A DNA stretch of 61,226 bases from Acutalibacteraceae bacterium (GCA_045594105.1 JAZNXY010000091.1:1-61226); one strand, 5' to 3'. Shown: positions 1-8,756, numbered from the stretch's first letter. Program-made: numbers and translations. Notes: generated from the sequence alone by a model not told the origin.

Positions 1-1892
1 AAACGGGCGGCATAACCACTGTTTTCCGGCAGGTTGATGCTTAAGACGTCCGCCTTGGTGACCAGTTTACGGGAAATACCCTCATCGGTATACAAGTCAC
101 AGATATAGGTGCCTTCACCTAAGAATTCATCCAAATGAATATCGGTAACACCTTCCTCACGGTTGGTGATGACGCCGAGGAACCAGTTGCCGTCCTTGTT
201 GCGCGCCATTGCCGCAAACTGCTCGTAAACGGAAACGGACAGCACCTTGGTTTGGTCCCAAACGGTGGGACACGCTTTGATAAATTCAACAGCAGGGGAG
301 TCGGTCAGTTCTTCGGGGGTGGCATCAATCGCGTTAAACGGCGCATCCACGAACACGAGTTCCGCCAAGCCATATGCATTTTGCACGTGCGGTGTAAAGT
401 CCGCGTGACCTGCAAGTCCGCGGGTGAGGTATTGGGTGGTGAACAACTGCGTTTCGTTAACAGGCTCGCGCACAGGCGCCATTTCGTGACCGAAAATGCC
501 TTCATAGTTCAAAATGTTGGGATAGGTAATATTCAAACCTGTCGGCTTTGCCGCACCGTGGAAATTGACCACCAAATTGTATTTTGCCGCCAATTTCGCG
601 GTTTTTTCGTACAGGTTGACACCGCCCTCTACCTGGTCTTCGGGCGGGAAGAAGTCGATTTTGAGACCTGTGACACCGCATGCCGCCACGTTTTTCATAA
701 ACGCTTCAATGGCATCCCAAGCGGGGGTAAACACGCGCACGCCGTCGGTTAATTCCTCGGCCTTTTTGCCGAGGGGGAATCGTGCTTCGTGGGTGGTAAA
801 GCCGTTCCACACCACCTGCTCCACACCGTAGGGTGCCATATTGTCACAAAGGTCTTTCACCATATCAAACAGAGACGGCACGTCGTTGGCAAACAAGGAC
901 CATCTGCCGTCTAAAATGTTATATTCGAGACCGAGCTTTGCGGCGGCTTCGTTGTAGTTGTACATGGTTTGGATGTCACCGACAAAGCTGCCGTTGGAAC
1001 GCCAGGACCACGCACTTCTGCCGGGCTTCACCCAGCTGAAATCCCCTTCAGGTGCTTCGTTGACGCTGTAAACAATGGTGTTGTTATACAGATCGTTCAA
1101 GCTTTCCGCAATGGTGAGAATGCGGTAGGGGGTTACCACGTTGTCACGGGTTACCTCGAAATCCACAAACTGCCTTTCGGGCTGATAGGTGGTATTCAGT
1201 TCAAAGAGACCATTACCCTTCTGCCGCAGGTTGACACCAACGTAATTTTTGAGATTACCTTCGAGAATGGCACCGAACAAGCCGTTGGAAAACTCAACGG
1301 ACATGGGGGTTAAGATAAAGTTTTCTGCATCTTTTGCACCATCATACAAATCGTGGAATTTGATTTGGTTATCGGTGGGACCAAAGATGTCCTTCACGGG
1401 AAAACGGCCGTAGGATGCCTCGTAGCAAATGCCGTGGTAGTTGGCAAAACGGTGGAACCGTTGGCAACCGGCACCGCGGCAACCGAAGGATGCGTATACG
1501 TAGCTGTCCGCAGGCACTTTGAAGGCGGTGTATTCCGCATTGACCGTTTTACCTGCCTGCTTGTCATATATGTAGCGGAATGCCACGCCGCTGTCATACA
1601 CACGTACATCTAAAGTGCACGGTACACCTGCGGCGGTCATTGCAACAGTTGCTTGCACAAAGCGGTCGTCAATATCCCGCACTCTGCCCAGCAAGGTCAG
1701 CGAACGGGTGACAGTAACCGTTTCTACGTCATCTATCGTGACGTTTTTACTGTAATCTACACCGTTGATTTTTAAGCCCAACGTTGCTTTATCATATACG
1801 GTCCTGCCCTTATAGGTAACCGTGTAATACGGCTTACCGTTTTCACAGTCAACCGTAAACACAACCTGTCCGTTTAATGAGCAAATATTCAT
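1..1892 (-). CDS. glycoside hydrolase family 97 (SusB-like alpha-glucosidase/alpha-galactosidase); C-terminus runs off the left edge
   Basis: Absent from the ORF track because it is open-ended. My translation of the reverse strand from ATG 1892-1890 (GAGGAG 8 nt upstream) gives 630 uninterrupted codons. The product MNICSLNGQVVFTVDCENGKPYYTVTYKGR...GVTGLKIDFFPPEDQ...VVNFHGAAKPTGLNITYPNILNYEGIFGHE fits the GH97 N-terminal beta-sandwich plus TIM-barrel motifs. No signal peptide. The plus-strand ORFs at 135-1613 are antisense shadows. Confidence 0.8.
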   Translation of the reverse strand, partial: MNICSLNGQVVFTVDCENGKPYYTVTYKGRTVYDKATLGLKINGVDYSKNVTIDDVETVTVTRSLTLLGRVRDIDDRFVQATVAMTAAGVPCTLDVRVYDSGVAFRYIYDKQAGKTVNAEYTAFKVPADSYVYASFGCRGAGCQRFHRFANYHGICYEASYGRFPVKDIFGPTDNQIKFHDLYDGAKDAENFILTPMSVEFSNGLFGAILEGNLKNYVGVNLRQKGNGLFELNTTYQPERQFVDFEVTRDNVVTPYRILTIAESLNDLYNNTIVYSVNEAPEGDFSWVKPGRSAWSWRSNGSFVGDIQTMYNYNEAAAKLGLEYNILDGRWSLFANDVPSLFDMVKDLCDNMAPYGVEQVVWNGFTTHEARFPLGKKAEELTDGVRVFTPAWDAIEAFMKNVAACGVTGLKIDFFPPEDQVEGGVNLYEKTAKLAAKYNLVVNFHGAAKPTGLNITYPNILNYEGIFGHEMAPVREPVNETQLFTTQYLTRGLAGHADFTPHVQNAYGLAELVFVDAPFNAIDATPEELTDSPAVEFIKACPTVWDQTKVLSVSVYEQFAAMARNKDGNWFLGVITNREEGVTDIHLDEFLGEGTYICDLYTDEGISRKLVTKADVLSINLPENSGYAAR

Positions 1893-1919
1893 TGTTCTCT
1901 CTCCTCTTTATGGCACGAA

Positions 1920-2969
1920 TCAAATGTCACAAGTGATAGTGGCGCTTGTCTCAACCGAGCGGAACGCCGCTTCGATCACCTGCAGCACACGGCGTAACTG
2001 TGCGTGGGTGACAAGCTGTCCTTCTTCGCCACGTACCGCCTTGCACACATTGCGATAGAAATCGTGTACATCCGCCTCTGGTTGCAGCACTGTGTAGGTT
2101 TCGGTGGTATGCTCGTTGCGAGGTGCCATGGTTTTGGTAATACCTGCGGCAGTTTTTACCGGAACTACACCGTCCTCGTGCAGATATTTACACTTCACCA
2201 CTGTACAGTCGCTTTTCCAGTCGGCTACCAAGGCGCTACCGTTGGTACAACGCATATACCAACGCGGCATAGAGATGAAGTTGTAAGTGCCCACCTCCAC
2301 AAAAGCGGTTTTGCCGCTTTCAAAGTTGATGGTGAGTTTGAAGCCGTCATCCACCTCTACGTTGGTGATGTGGTCGAAGGTACAGTATACGCCAACGACC
2401 TTTTCGTTAATCATCTGCATCATCTGGTCAATGAGGTGGATGCCCCAGTCGAACAGCATACCGCCACCGTACTGTTTCATACCACGCCAGTCGCCGGGGA
2501 TGCCTCGAGATCCGTGTACACGGGATTCAACGTTGATAAGTTCACCGATTTCACCGCTGTCATATATATGCTTCATAACCAGAAAATCAGTGTCCCAGCG
2601 TCTGTTTTGATGCACCGTAAAAATGCGGTTGTTGCGGTTGGCGGCGGCAACCATGTCATCAAAATCGGCAACACTTAAAGTAACCGGCTTTTCGCAAATG
2701 ACGTGTTTGCCGGCATCCAGTGCCCTTATCGCAATTTCCTTATGTACATCGTTGGGGGTGGCGATGGTGATGATATCGACCCGTTCGTCCGCTAACACCG
2801 CCTCTAAGGACGGAAAAGCATAAATGCCCGCATCTTCTGCCAGCTTGCAGCGCTCGGGAAGAATATCGTAAACACCGAGCAGATTAACCACGTCACTTTG
2901 CAGTGCGAACATACGATGCCAACCGCCCATGCCACCGTAACCGACAACCACCAGATTTAATTTTCCCAT
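1920..2969 (-). CDS. Gfo/Idh/MocA family NAD(P)-dependent oxidoreductase
   Basis: ORF 1920-3005. It has an N-terminal Rossmann motif (LVVVGYGGMGGWH) and a typical Gfo/Idh/MocA body. Start trimmed to ATG 2969 (GAGGG 9 nt upstream). The stop lies 27 nt upstream of the GH97 start, so the two are probably one operon. Confidence 0.85.
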   Translation of the reverse strand: MGKLNLVVVGYGGMGGWHRMFALQSDVVNLLGVYDILPERCKLAEDAGIYAFPSLEAVLADERVDIITIATPNDVHKEIAIRALDAGKHVICEKPVTLSVADFDDMVAAANRNNRIFTVHQNRRWDTDFLVMKHIYDSGEIGELINVESRVHGSRGIPGDWRGMKQYGGGMLFDWGIHLIDQMMQMINEKVVGVYCTFDHITNVEVDDGFKLTINFESGKTAFVEVGTYNFISMPRWYMRCTNGSALVADWKSDCTVVKCKYLHEDGVVPVKTAAGITKTMAPRNEHTTETYTVLQPEADVHDFYRNVCKAVRGEEGQLVTHAQLRRVLQVIEAAFRSVETSATITCDI

Positions 2970-3130
2970 AACAGAGCCCTCATTCATTCTTGCCGTAAAC
3001 GGCATGGTTTTGCATTCCGCAGTGATGTGGTACAGTATACCACATCTTCTCTTGCAGTGCTATCTTTATTATAATAACAGATGCAAAAAGAAAGTGCTGT
3101 TTTTTTGTGTAAAACTATCATTTTGTTGCA

Positions 3131-3166
3131 CAAAACAGAAAAAGGGAGAGTATTTCTACCCTCCCT
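3131..3166 (-). terminator. weak intrinsic terminator downstream of the ABC substrate-binding gene
   Basis: On the minus strand: AGGGAG-12 nt loop-CTCCCT followed by TTTTTCTGTTTT. The stem is short. Confidence 0.35.
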
Positions 3167-3172
3167 ATTGGA

Positions 3173-4174
3173 TTACTGTATCACCTTTTTTGCATAAGCA
3201 TTGTTGACGACCTTGGCAAACGGTGCGGTGGTTGTCAGCTCTCCTGCTTCCTGCATTACCTGTTGCAGACGCATAAACGACTCTTCGTTCATAACAGGCG
3301 TTTCACACCACGCACCGATATCGATATACGACTGTGCGGATGCCGTTAACAGCTCAATATCGGTGTCGGGGAAGAAAGAAGCTACCGTTTGGGCAATTTC
3401 TTTAGCGGTGTGGGTTTTTACCCATTGCTGTCCTTTGTAGATAGCACGGGTAAAGGCGGTAATGAGGTCTTGATTTTCCGCAATATAGCTCTTTTTGGCG
3501 AAGTAAGCGGTGTAAGGGATGTCACCTGCACCGTCACCGACAGCGGCAACGATGTACCCTTTTCCTTCCGCTTCCAGCATAGAGGCGGTGGGCTCAAAGC
3601 AGGTGAAATAGTCGCCTGTACCTGCGGTAAATGCCGCCGTCATCAGTGCGTATTGCACACTGCTGTCAAGGGTGAGATCTTTGACAGGATCAAGGCCGTT
3701 TTTGCGGATGACGTGCTCCAGAGTCATGTACGGCACACCGCCTTTCCTGCCGGGTAACACCACAGTTCCCTTGAGCTTATCCCAGGTAAACGCAGGGTCG
3801 GGCTTTCTGCCCACCAGAAAAGAACCGTCACGCTTGGTTACCTGTGCGAACACCTCGGTGTAATCCTCTTTTCCTTCGTTGTACACGTAAACGGCAGCTT
3901 CCGGGCCCGCAAAGCCGATATCCATATTGCCGGATAACACAGCGGACATAACCGCATCGGCACCTTGCCCGTTGGAAAGCTCGATTTCAATGCCTTCCTC
4001 GGCGAAATAACCGAGTGCGATAGCGGCATACTGAGGTGCGTAGAAGATAGAATGGGTTACTTCGCAAACCCGTACCTTCTGTAAAGCATTCTCTTTTTCT
4101 TTGCAAGCGGTGCAGGAAAACAGCAGCACCACCGCCAACATTACCGCCAGCAGGCGGCATAGTGTTTTATGCAT
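3173..4174 (-). CDS. ABC transporter substrate-binding lipoprotein, NMT1/THI5-like (NitT/TauT family; ThiY-like)
   Basis: ORF 3173-4174 with AGGAGG RBS. Signal peptide with lipobox LLFSC. The sequence is typical of NMT1/THI5-type binding proteins. Confidence 0.8.
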   Translation of the reverse strand: MHKTLCRLLAVMLAVVLLFSCTACKEKENALQKVRVCEVTHSIFYAPQYAAIALGYFAEEGIEIELSNGQGADAVMSAVLSGNMDIGFAGPEAAVYVYNEGKEDYTEVFAQVTKRDGSFLVGRKPDPAFTWDKLKGTVVLPGRKGGVPYMTLEHVIRKNGLDPVKDLTLDSSVQYALMTAAFTAGTGDYFTCFEPTASMLEAEGKGYIVAAVGDGAGDIPYTAYFAKKSYIAENQDLITAFTRAIYKGQQWVKTHTAKEIAQTVASFFPDTDIELLTASAQSYIDIGAWCETPVMNEESFMRLQQVMQEAGELTTTAPFAKVVNNAYAKKVIQ

Positions 4175-4188
4175 AATAAAAGTTCCTC

Positions 4189-5007
4189 CTAATTGGTATG
4201 TGATATGCGGCGAGCGACCAGCTTTTGTAAGAGATTGACCGCCTCATACATAATGGCGGCTACCGCCGAAAGAATGATAACGCTGGCCATAACAAGGTCT
4301 AATTTGAACACCTGACCGCCATATACGATGAGGTATCCGAGTCCTGCTTTTGAAACGAGGAATTCGCCTGCGATAACACCTACGAGCGACAACCCGATGT
4401 TGATTTTCAGAGAACCGAACAGGGTGGGTATATTGTATGGCAGAACAATTTTGAAGAATATCTGCCGACGCTTGGCACCGAAGGTTTCGGCCATACGGAT
4501 ACACTCGGGATCGGTGCGTAAAAAGCCGCCGAGCATTTCAAGAACGGTGACCACCAGAGAAATGGCGAGTGCCATAACGATGATGGCTTTGGTGCCTGCA
4601 CCTGCGATAATAATGATAACAGGACCGAGTGCAATTTTCGGCAAGCTGTTGAGCACTACTAAATACGGCTCACTGACCTTGGCGATAAATGGATTCCACC
4701 ATAGTATAACAGCCGAAACGGTACCGATGACAGCACCAAGCAAAAACCCTGTCAACGTCTCAAACACGGTGACACCGATGTGGGTCAGCAGGCGGTTTTC
4801 CGCCATGTTTGCGTAGGTGGCAGCAATGCGTGACGGCATGCTGAACACAAAGCTGTCAATGATGCCCCACCTCGCGAGAAGCTCCCAGGCGGCCACCAGG
4901 AAAACAAACACACCGATCTGACAAAAAAGCACACGGCGTTTGTAGTTTTGTACGTTTTTCAGATATTGACGTCGTGCGGGAGAGAGTGCGTGGCTTTTAC
5001 GATCCAT
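4189..5007 (-). CDS. ABC transporter permease (NitT/TauT family)
   Basis: ORF 4189-5097 trimmed to ATG 5007 (MDRKSHALS...), which overlaps the upstream ATPase stop by 11 nt. Polytopic BPD-type permease. Confidence 0.8.
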   Translation of the reverse strand: MDRKSHALSPARRQYLKNVQNYKRRVLFCQIGVFVFLVAAWELLARWGIIDSFVFSMPSRIAATYANMAENRLLTHIGVTVFETLTGFLLGAVIGTVSAVILWWNPFIAKVSEPYLVVLNSLPKIALGPVIIIIAGAGTKAIIVMALAISLVVTVLEMLGGFLRTDPECIRMAETFGAKRRQIFFKIVLPYNIPTLFGSLKINIGLSLVGVIAGEFLVSKAGLGYLIVYGGQVFKLDLVMASVIILSAVAAIMYEAVNLLQKLVARRISHTN

Positions 5008-5764
5008 AGCATTCCAACTCTTTCCATATATGGTCAAAATACCGAGAAAACTGGGGTGTGTTGCGGCAGGTGAGGGGGGTCCTGTTTTCCATGTCAAAGC
5101 GAATGGGCAGCAGTTCTTTGACGGTGGCAGGACGAGGTCCTAAAATCACCACGGTGTCGCTCATGCTGATGCATTCGGGAATGTCGTGGGTGACCATCAA
5201 GGTGGTGACGGTTTCCTTCTTCAATATTTTGTACACGTCTTCGGTGACCTCTATTCTTGTTTGGTAATCGAGTGCGGAAAACGCCTCATCCAGCAGCAAT
5301 ATATCGGGGCGGATAGCGAGGGTACGGATGAGCGCCGCCCGTTGTCGCATACCGCCGGAAATTTGTGACGGATATTTGTCTTTGAACTCCGCAAGACCGT
5401 AGGCAGAAAGCAGATGATCGGCGTGAGCTACCGTCTCCTCGGTCAGATTATGCTGTATCTCCAACCCGAATAATACATTTTGACGAATGGTACGCCACTC
5501 GAGCAGATTGTCCTTTTGCAGCATATAGCCGATGCGGGAAGAGGGCTCCGTTACCTCTTCTCCGTTCACCAGCACCCGCCCTCCCGACGGTGTAAGCAAT
5601 CCTGCGACAATAGATAAAAGGGTGGATTTGCCGCATCCGCTGGGGCCAACCAAACTAAAAAAGTCACCTTGATTCATTGAAAAACTGATGTTTTTGAGAG
5701 CGGCAACTTCCCCGTTTTTCGCCTGGTAGGTCTGCTCAATGTTTTCAATACGCAACACTTCCAT
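4997..5764 (-). CDS. ABC transporter ATP-binding protein (NitT/TauT family)
   Basis: Walker A GPSGCGKST, signature ISGGMRQR and Walker B ILLLDE are present. Start trimmed to ATG 5764 (MEVLRIENI) with an AAAGGAG RBS. Confidence 0.9.
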   Translation of the reverse strand: MEVLRIENIEQTYQAKNGEVAALKNISFSMNQGDFFSLVGPSGCGKSTLLSIVAGLLTPSGGRVLVNGEEVTEPSSRIGYMLQKDNLLEWRTIRQNVLFGLEIQHNLTEETVAHADHLLSAYGLAEFKDKYPSQISGGMRQRAALIRTLAIRPDILLLDEAFSALDYQTRIEVTEDVYKILKKETVTTLMVTHDIPECISMSDTVVILGPRPATVKELLPIRFDMENRTPLTCRNTPQFSRYFDHIWKELECYGS

Positions 5765-5840
5765 AAAACCGCTCCTTTCTGTTAAATAAAAGCACATCCT
5801 GTTTTATTGTATGCGGCAAGGAATTTGCGGGTGCAAAGAA

Positions 5841-5880
5841 AAAAGCCGTGTAACGCAAGGTGCGTTACACGGCTTTTTTC
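5841..5880. terminator. bidirectional intrinsic terminator
   Basis: 12-bp stem GCCGTGTAACGC / GCGTTACACGGC (5845-5856 / 5862-5873) with an A-run on the left and a T-run on the right. It sits 5 nt past the stop of the small minus-strand ORF. Confidence 0.85.
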
Positions 5881-5885
5881 TTTTC

Positions 5886-6026
5886 TTAGTTCTTCGGGAG
5901 TTTGATGGGGCTCCAGTTTTCGATGTCATCGAACGTGTAGTCAGGGGTAACACCGGAAGCCAGAAAATCATCCTTCACGCGGCATTCGGTCATCGAAAAC
6001 TGTGGCGTCTCGTAAGTAGCTTTCAT
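5886..6026 (-). CDS. 46-aa peptide, hypothetical (paralogue of the peptide at 12074-12211)
   Basis: This is the C-terminal part of track ORF 5886-6125, starting at ATG 6026. Product: MKATYETPQFSMTECRVKDDFLASGVTPDYTFDDIENWSPIKLPKN. It has its own promoter-like element and terminator. It shares the pattern MK-x-x-Y-x-x-P-[EQ]-[FY]...acidic pair-[FV]-x-[AT]-S with the second peptide. Confidence 0.55.
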   Translation of the reverse strand: MKATYETPQFSMTECRVKDDFLASGVTPDYTFDDIENWSPIKLPKN

Positions 6027-6060
6027 TTTGCACCCGCCTTTTATAATATATACACGTACT

Positions 6061-6089
6061 ATGATACACGACCCTATCGCTTTTGGCAA
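6061..6089 (-). promoter_or_regulatory. sigma-A-like promoter candidate for the 46-aa peptide gene
   Basis: On the minus strand: TTGCCA, 17-nt spacer, TATCAT. Located about 35 nt upstream of ATG 6026. Confidence 0.4.
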
Positions 6090-6097
6090 GAGTTTTT

Positions 6098-6889
6098 TTA
6101 TTTTTTCTTGCGAATTATTAAACATACACCTGCCAGGGCAATACCGACAAGCAAAACGATGCCTGCCGTACCCCAGGCGACGTTAGCAAGGCCGTCTATC
6201 ATAAACGAGCCGGTTTCAGGGTCTTGTAACTGCGAAAACACGGTGCGTATACCGAAAATCAAGCCGGCAGTTACCGATGCAACAGCGCCGAGCAAGCCCC
6301 AGTCAAAGCTGCCGTCTTTAGCGGTGACCCTGCCTACCGTGTCGCTACGGAAATTGAGCACTCTGCTGACCAATACGGCACCCAGGACGGTTACCAACGT
6401 TTCAGGGAGCATATAGGTGGCATTGTAGGCGAGGGAATAGGTGAGAGCTGCTTCTGTGGGGATCGAAAGCCCCGCCCAGACGGTAGCACCTGCAACGGTG
6501 TGGAAAATGTAACGCAAAAGCAGTGCCAAAGCACTGCCAAAAACCAGAGCGGAGGTCTGGCTTTTGCATACATTACGGAAAGCGCCACCGAGTCCCAGCA
6601 CGGCAAATGCCAGAATATAGTCGAGGGCAATGACCGCCGCAATGGAAAGCGGTGTGGTGAAATACATCACGTTTTTCATGCCGAGCAGCATCTGCAAAAT
6701 GCCGTACACAGCACCTGCAAACACGCCCCATTTACAGCCGTGGCGGTAGCTGATAATGAGCAGCGGTAAAGCGCTGCAGACGGTGACACTGCCGCCGTAT
6801 GGCAGCTCCAGCAAGGGCAGGATGCTCAGCACGGTCGCAAAGCTGAGCATTACAGCGGTTTCGGTCAGGCGAATGGTTTTGTTTTTCAT
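6098..6889 (-). CDS. thiT: energy-coupling-factor thiamine transporter S component ThiT, with a C-terminal extension of about 70 aa containing extra TM segments
   Basis: ORF 6098-6889 with AAAGGAG RBS. ThiT/YuaJ-like polytopic membrane sequence. It lies immediately downstream of a TPP riboswitch. Confidence 0.8.
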   Translation of the reverse strand: MKNKTIRLTETAVMLSFATVLSILPLLELPYGGSVTVCSALPLLIISYRHGCKWGVFAGAVYGILQMLLGMKNVMYFTTPLSIAAVIALDYILAFAVLGLGGAFRNVCKSQTSALVFGSALALLLRYIFHTVAGATVWAGLSIPTEAALTYSLAYNATYMLPETLVTVLGAVLVSRVLNFRSDTVGRVTAKDGSFDWGLLGAVASVTAGLIFGIRTVFSQLQDPETGSFMIDGLANVAWGTAGIVLLVGIALAGVCLIIRKKK

Positions 6890-6908
6890 TGTCTACACTC
6901 CTTTTGAC

Positions 6909-7055
6909 AAAAAAACAACCTTTCGCCGGATATAGCGAAAGGTGAATTGCACAAAAGGTGCGTCAAAACAATTCCTCCGCCGGCATTATCCGGATCAGGT
7001 ATAGGGTTTCGGATATCCGTATCCGCTCTCAGCCGACGGTAACAGTCAGCGCCCC
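6909..7055 (-). promoter_or_regulatory. TPP (THI-box) riboswitch with terminator expression platform
   Basis: The minus-strand RNA reads GGGGCGCUGACUG...GGCUGAGAGCGGA...CCGAAACCCUAUACCUGAUCCGGAUAAUGCCGGCGGAGGAA, which matches the THI-box core (CUGAGA ... ACCUGAUCNGGNUAAUNCC ... GGAA). It is followed by the hairpin ACCUUUCGC..GCGAAAGGU plus a U7 run (6909-6944). Confidence 0.9.
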
Positions 7056-7158
7056 TTGTTTTTTGTATATTTTTTTTGGACCAATGACAGTATACTGCCG
7101 TTTTTTCGGAATGTCAACCCAAAAGTGCACATATACTGCTAAAAAAGGAGGAAAAACA

Positions 7159-7962
7159 ATGTATGTGATTTTTCGCCGCCGTCATTTTTTGACGGCGTTG
7201 CTGTGTGTGGCGGCTATCGGTCTGGGTATACTGTCGGTACACCGTATGCAAACAGCAGTTTCGGTGGTGACCAATGCCGCCAACACCAACTGGGGTCTGC
7301 ATTTCGGCAAGAGCGGAGAAACACCTGTGGGCAATGCTTCCGCTGCGTTTCTCAAGCAGTATCGTGCGTTGTACACGGGAAATACCGCAGAAAAGGTGCT
7401 GTATCTCACCTTTGATGCCGGGTATGACAATGGCTATACGGCAGGTATTTTGGATACACTCAAAAAGCATAATGTGCCTGCTGCCTTCTTTCTTGTGGGC
7501 AACTTTATGGAAAAAGAACCCGACCTTGTAAGACGCATGGTGGCAGAGGGGCATCTGGTGGGTAACCACACCTATCATCACCCTGATATGTCAAAAATCG
7601 CAGAAAATGCGGATTTCCTGGAGGAGCTGTCCTCCCTTGAAAACAAGTTTAAGGAGATTACGGGTACGGATATGCCCAAGCTGTACCGGCCGCCGCAGGG
7701 AAAATACAGTGAGGAAAACTTAAAGCAGGCAGCGGCGGCAGGGTATACAACGGTATTCTGGAGTCTTGCGTATGTGGATTGGTACGTGGATGACCAACCG
7801 ACACGGGAAGAGGCATTTGCCAAATTACTGCCCCGCACCCACAACGGTGCGGTGGTGCTGCTGCACAGTACTTCACGCACCAATTGTGAAGTCTTGGATG
7901 AACTTCTGACAAAATGGAAGGAAATGGGATACACCTTCGGTGCATTAAATGAGATAGCGTGA
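7159..7962 (+). CDS. pdaA: delta-lactam-biosynthetic de-N-acetylase (sporulation polysaccharide deacetylase PdaA)
   Basis: ORF 6958-7962 trimmed to ATG 7159 (AAGGAGG RBS). It has an N-terminal TM segment and is collinear with B. subtilis PdaA: LYLTFDAGYDNGYT..LKKHNVPAAFFLVGNF...GHLVGNHTYHHPDM...LYRPPQG...TVFWS.AYVDW. Confidence 0.85.
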   Translation: MYVIFRRRHFLTALLCVAAIGLGILSVHRMQTAVSVVTNAANTNWGLHFGKSGETPVGNASAAFLKQYRALYTGNTAEKVLYLTFDAGYDNGYTAGILDTLKKHNVPAAFFLVGNFMEKEPDLVRRMVAEGHLVGNHTYHHPDMSKIAENADFLEELSSLENKFKEITGTDMPKLYRPPQGKYSEENLKQAAAAGYTTVFWSLAYVDWYVDDQPTREEAFAKLLPRTHNGAVVLLHSTSRTNCEVLDELLTKWKEMGYTFGALNEIA

Positions 7963-8022
7963 CCATACTATGTGCGGAGGGCGAAAACCCTCTCTCCAGA
8001 TTTGTGAAAGGAGGCCGTCGCC

Positions 8023-8190
8023 ATGGAATGTTCCAAAGAAAATAAGTGTATTGAATGTCACGTAACCCAATGTGCGAATCATAGCACCTGTGGTGAATAC
8101 TGTGCGCTGGACCGCATCACCGTAGGCACCCACGAGGCAAATCCGTCTATGAATCAGTGCACCGACTGTATGTCTTTCCGTCAGAAATAA
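8023..8190 (+). CDS. DUF1540 domain-containing small Cys-rich protein (55 aa)
   Basis: Below the track length cut-off. GAAAGGAGG RBS, then ATG 8023. Product: MECSKENKCIECHVTQCANHSTCGEYCALDRITVGTHEANPSMNQCTDCMSFRQK. It shows the two C-x-V..C..H....C.A..I.V half-repeats typical of DUF1540. A strong terminator follows. Confidence 0.75.
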   Translation: MECSKENKCIECHVTQCANHSTCGEYCALDRITVGTHEANPSMNQCTDCMSFRQK

Positions 8191-8203
8191 GAGGCAACGG
8201 CAT

Positions 8204-8241
8204 AAAAAGCGTCAAGGTTCATCAGAACCTTGACGCTTTTT
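8204..8241 (+). terminator. intrinsic terminator
   Basis: 13-bp stem AGCGTCAAGGTTC / GAACCTTGACGCT with loop ATCA, followed by a T-run. Confidence 0.85.
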
Positions 8242-8342
8242 ACTTCTTCGCTCTTTGTCCAAAGGTTTTTGCGTTTTACATATTGCACTTTCAAAAGAAA
8301 TATGGTATATTCTCCTATATATGTGTAAAAGGAGACGAATGC

Positions 8343-8756
8343 GTGGATGTGAAAATCACGGTTGTCGGCGTGCAGGAAATAGACGGGCAAACCGACAAAA
8401 CCGAAATGACCACCGTAGGCACCCTAACCGAAGACGCAAACGGGTACGTTTTGCAGTATGCGGAAAGTGCCGCAACGGGTCTTGATAATACGGTGACTAC
8501 CTTGCGGATACAGCCGCAGATGGTGACGATGGAACGTACGGGCGCTCACGCAGGGCTGCTGGTGCTGGAATGTAAAAAAAGACATCTGTGCAGCTACGCC
8601 ACCCCGATAGGAAACGTGATGCTTGGCGTGTACACCGAAAAGGTGGATACACAGTTCATGCAGCTGGGCGGTACGGTACGGGTCTCCTACACGCTGGACG
8701 TAGGGGGCAATATGATGTCCCGACAGAAATTGACCGTCCGTGTAGAAGTTGCATAA
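8343..8756 (+). CDS. DUF1934 domain-containing protein (YwiB-like beta-barrel, conserved upstream of argS)
   Basis: ORF 8157-8756 trimmed to GTG 8343 (AAAGGAG 8 nt upstream). DUF1934-like sequence (VKITVVGVQEIDGQ...YVLQYAE...LRIQPQMVTMERTG). DUF1934-argS synteny is common in Firmicutes. Confidence 0.75.
   Translation: MDVKITVVGVQEIDGQTDKTEMTTVGTLTEDANGYVLQYAESAATGLDNTVTTLRIQPQMVTMERTGAHAGLLVLECKKRHLCSYATPIGNVMLGVYTEKVDTQFMQLGGTVRVSYTLDVGGNMMSRQKLTVRVEVA

Noticed and set aside
135-1613. A series of plus-strand ORFs (135-752, 565-831, 833-1039, 969-1313, 1353-1613).
   Set aside because: They tile the antisense strand of a continuous 630-codon GH97 reading frame. That frame is open-ended and therefore missing from the track.
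6958-7158. N-terminal extension of about 67 aa on pdaA in the track ORF (start at 6958).
   Set aside because: The extension overlaps the TPP riboswitch on the opposite strand and has no RBS. ATG 7159 has an AAGGAGG RBS and yields a normal signal-anchor N-terminus.
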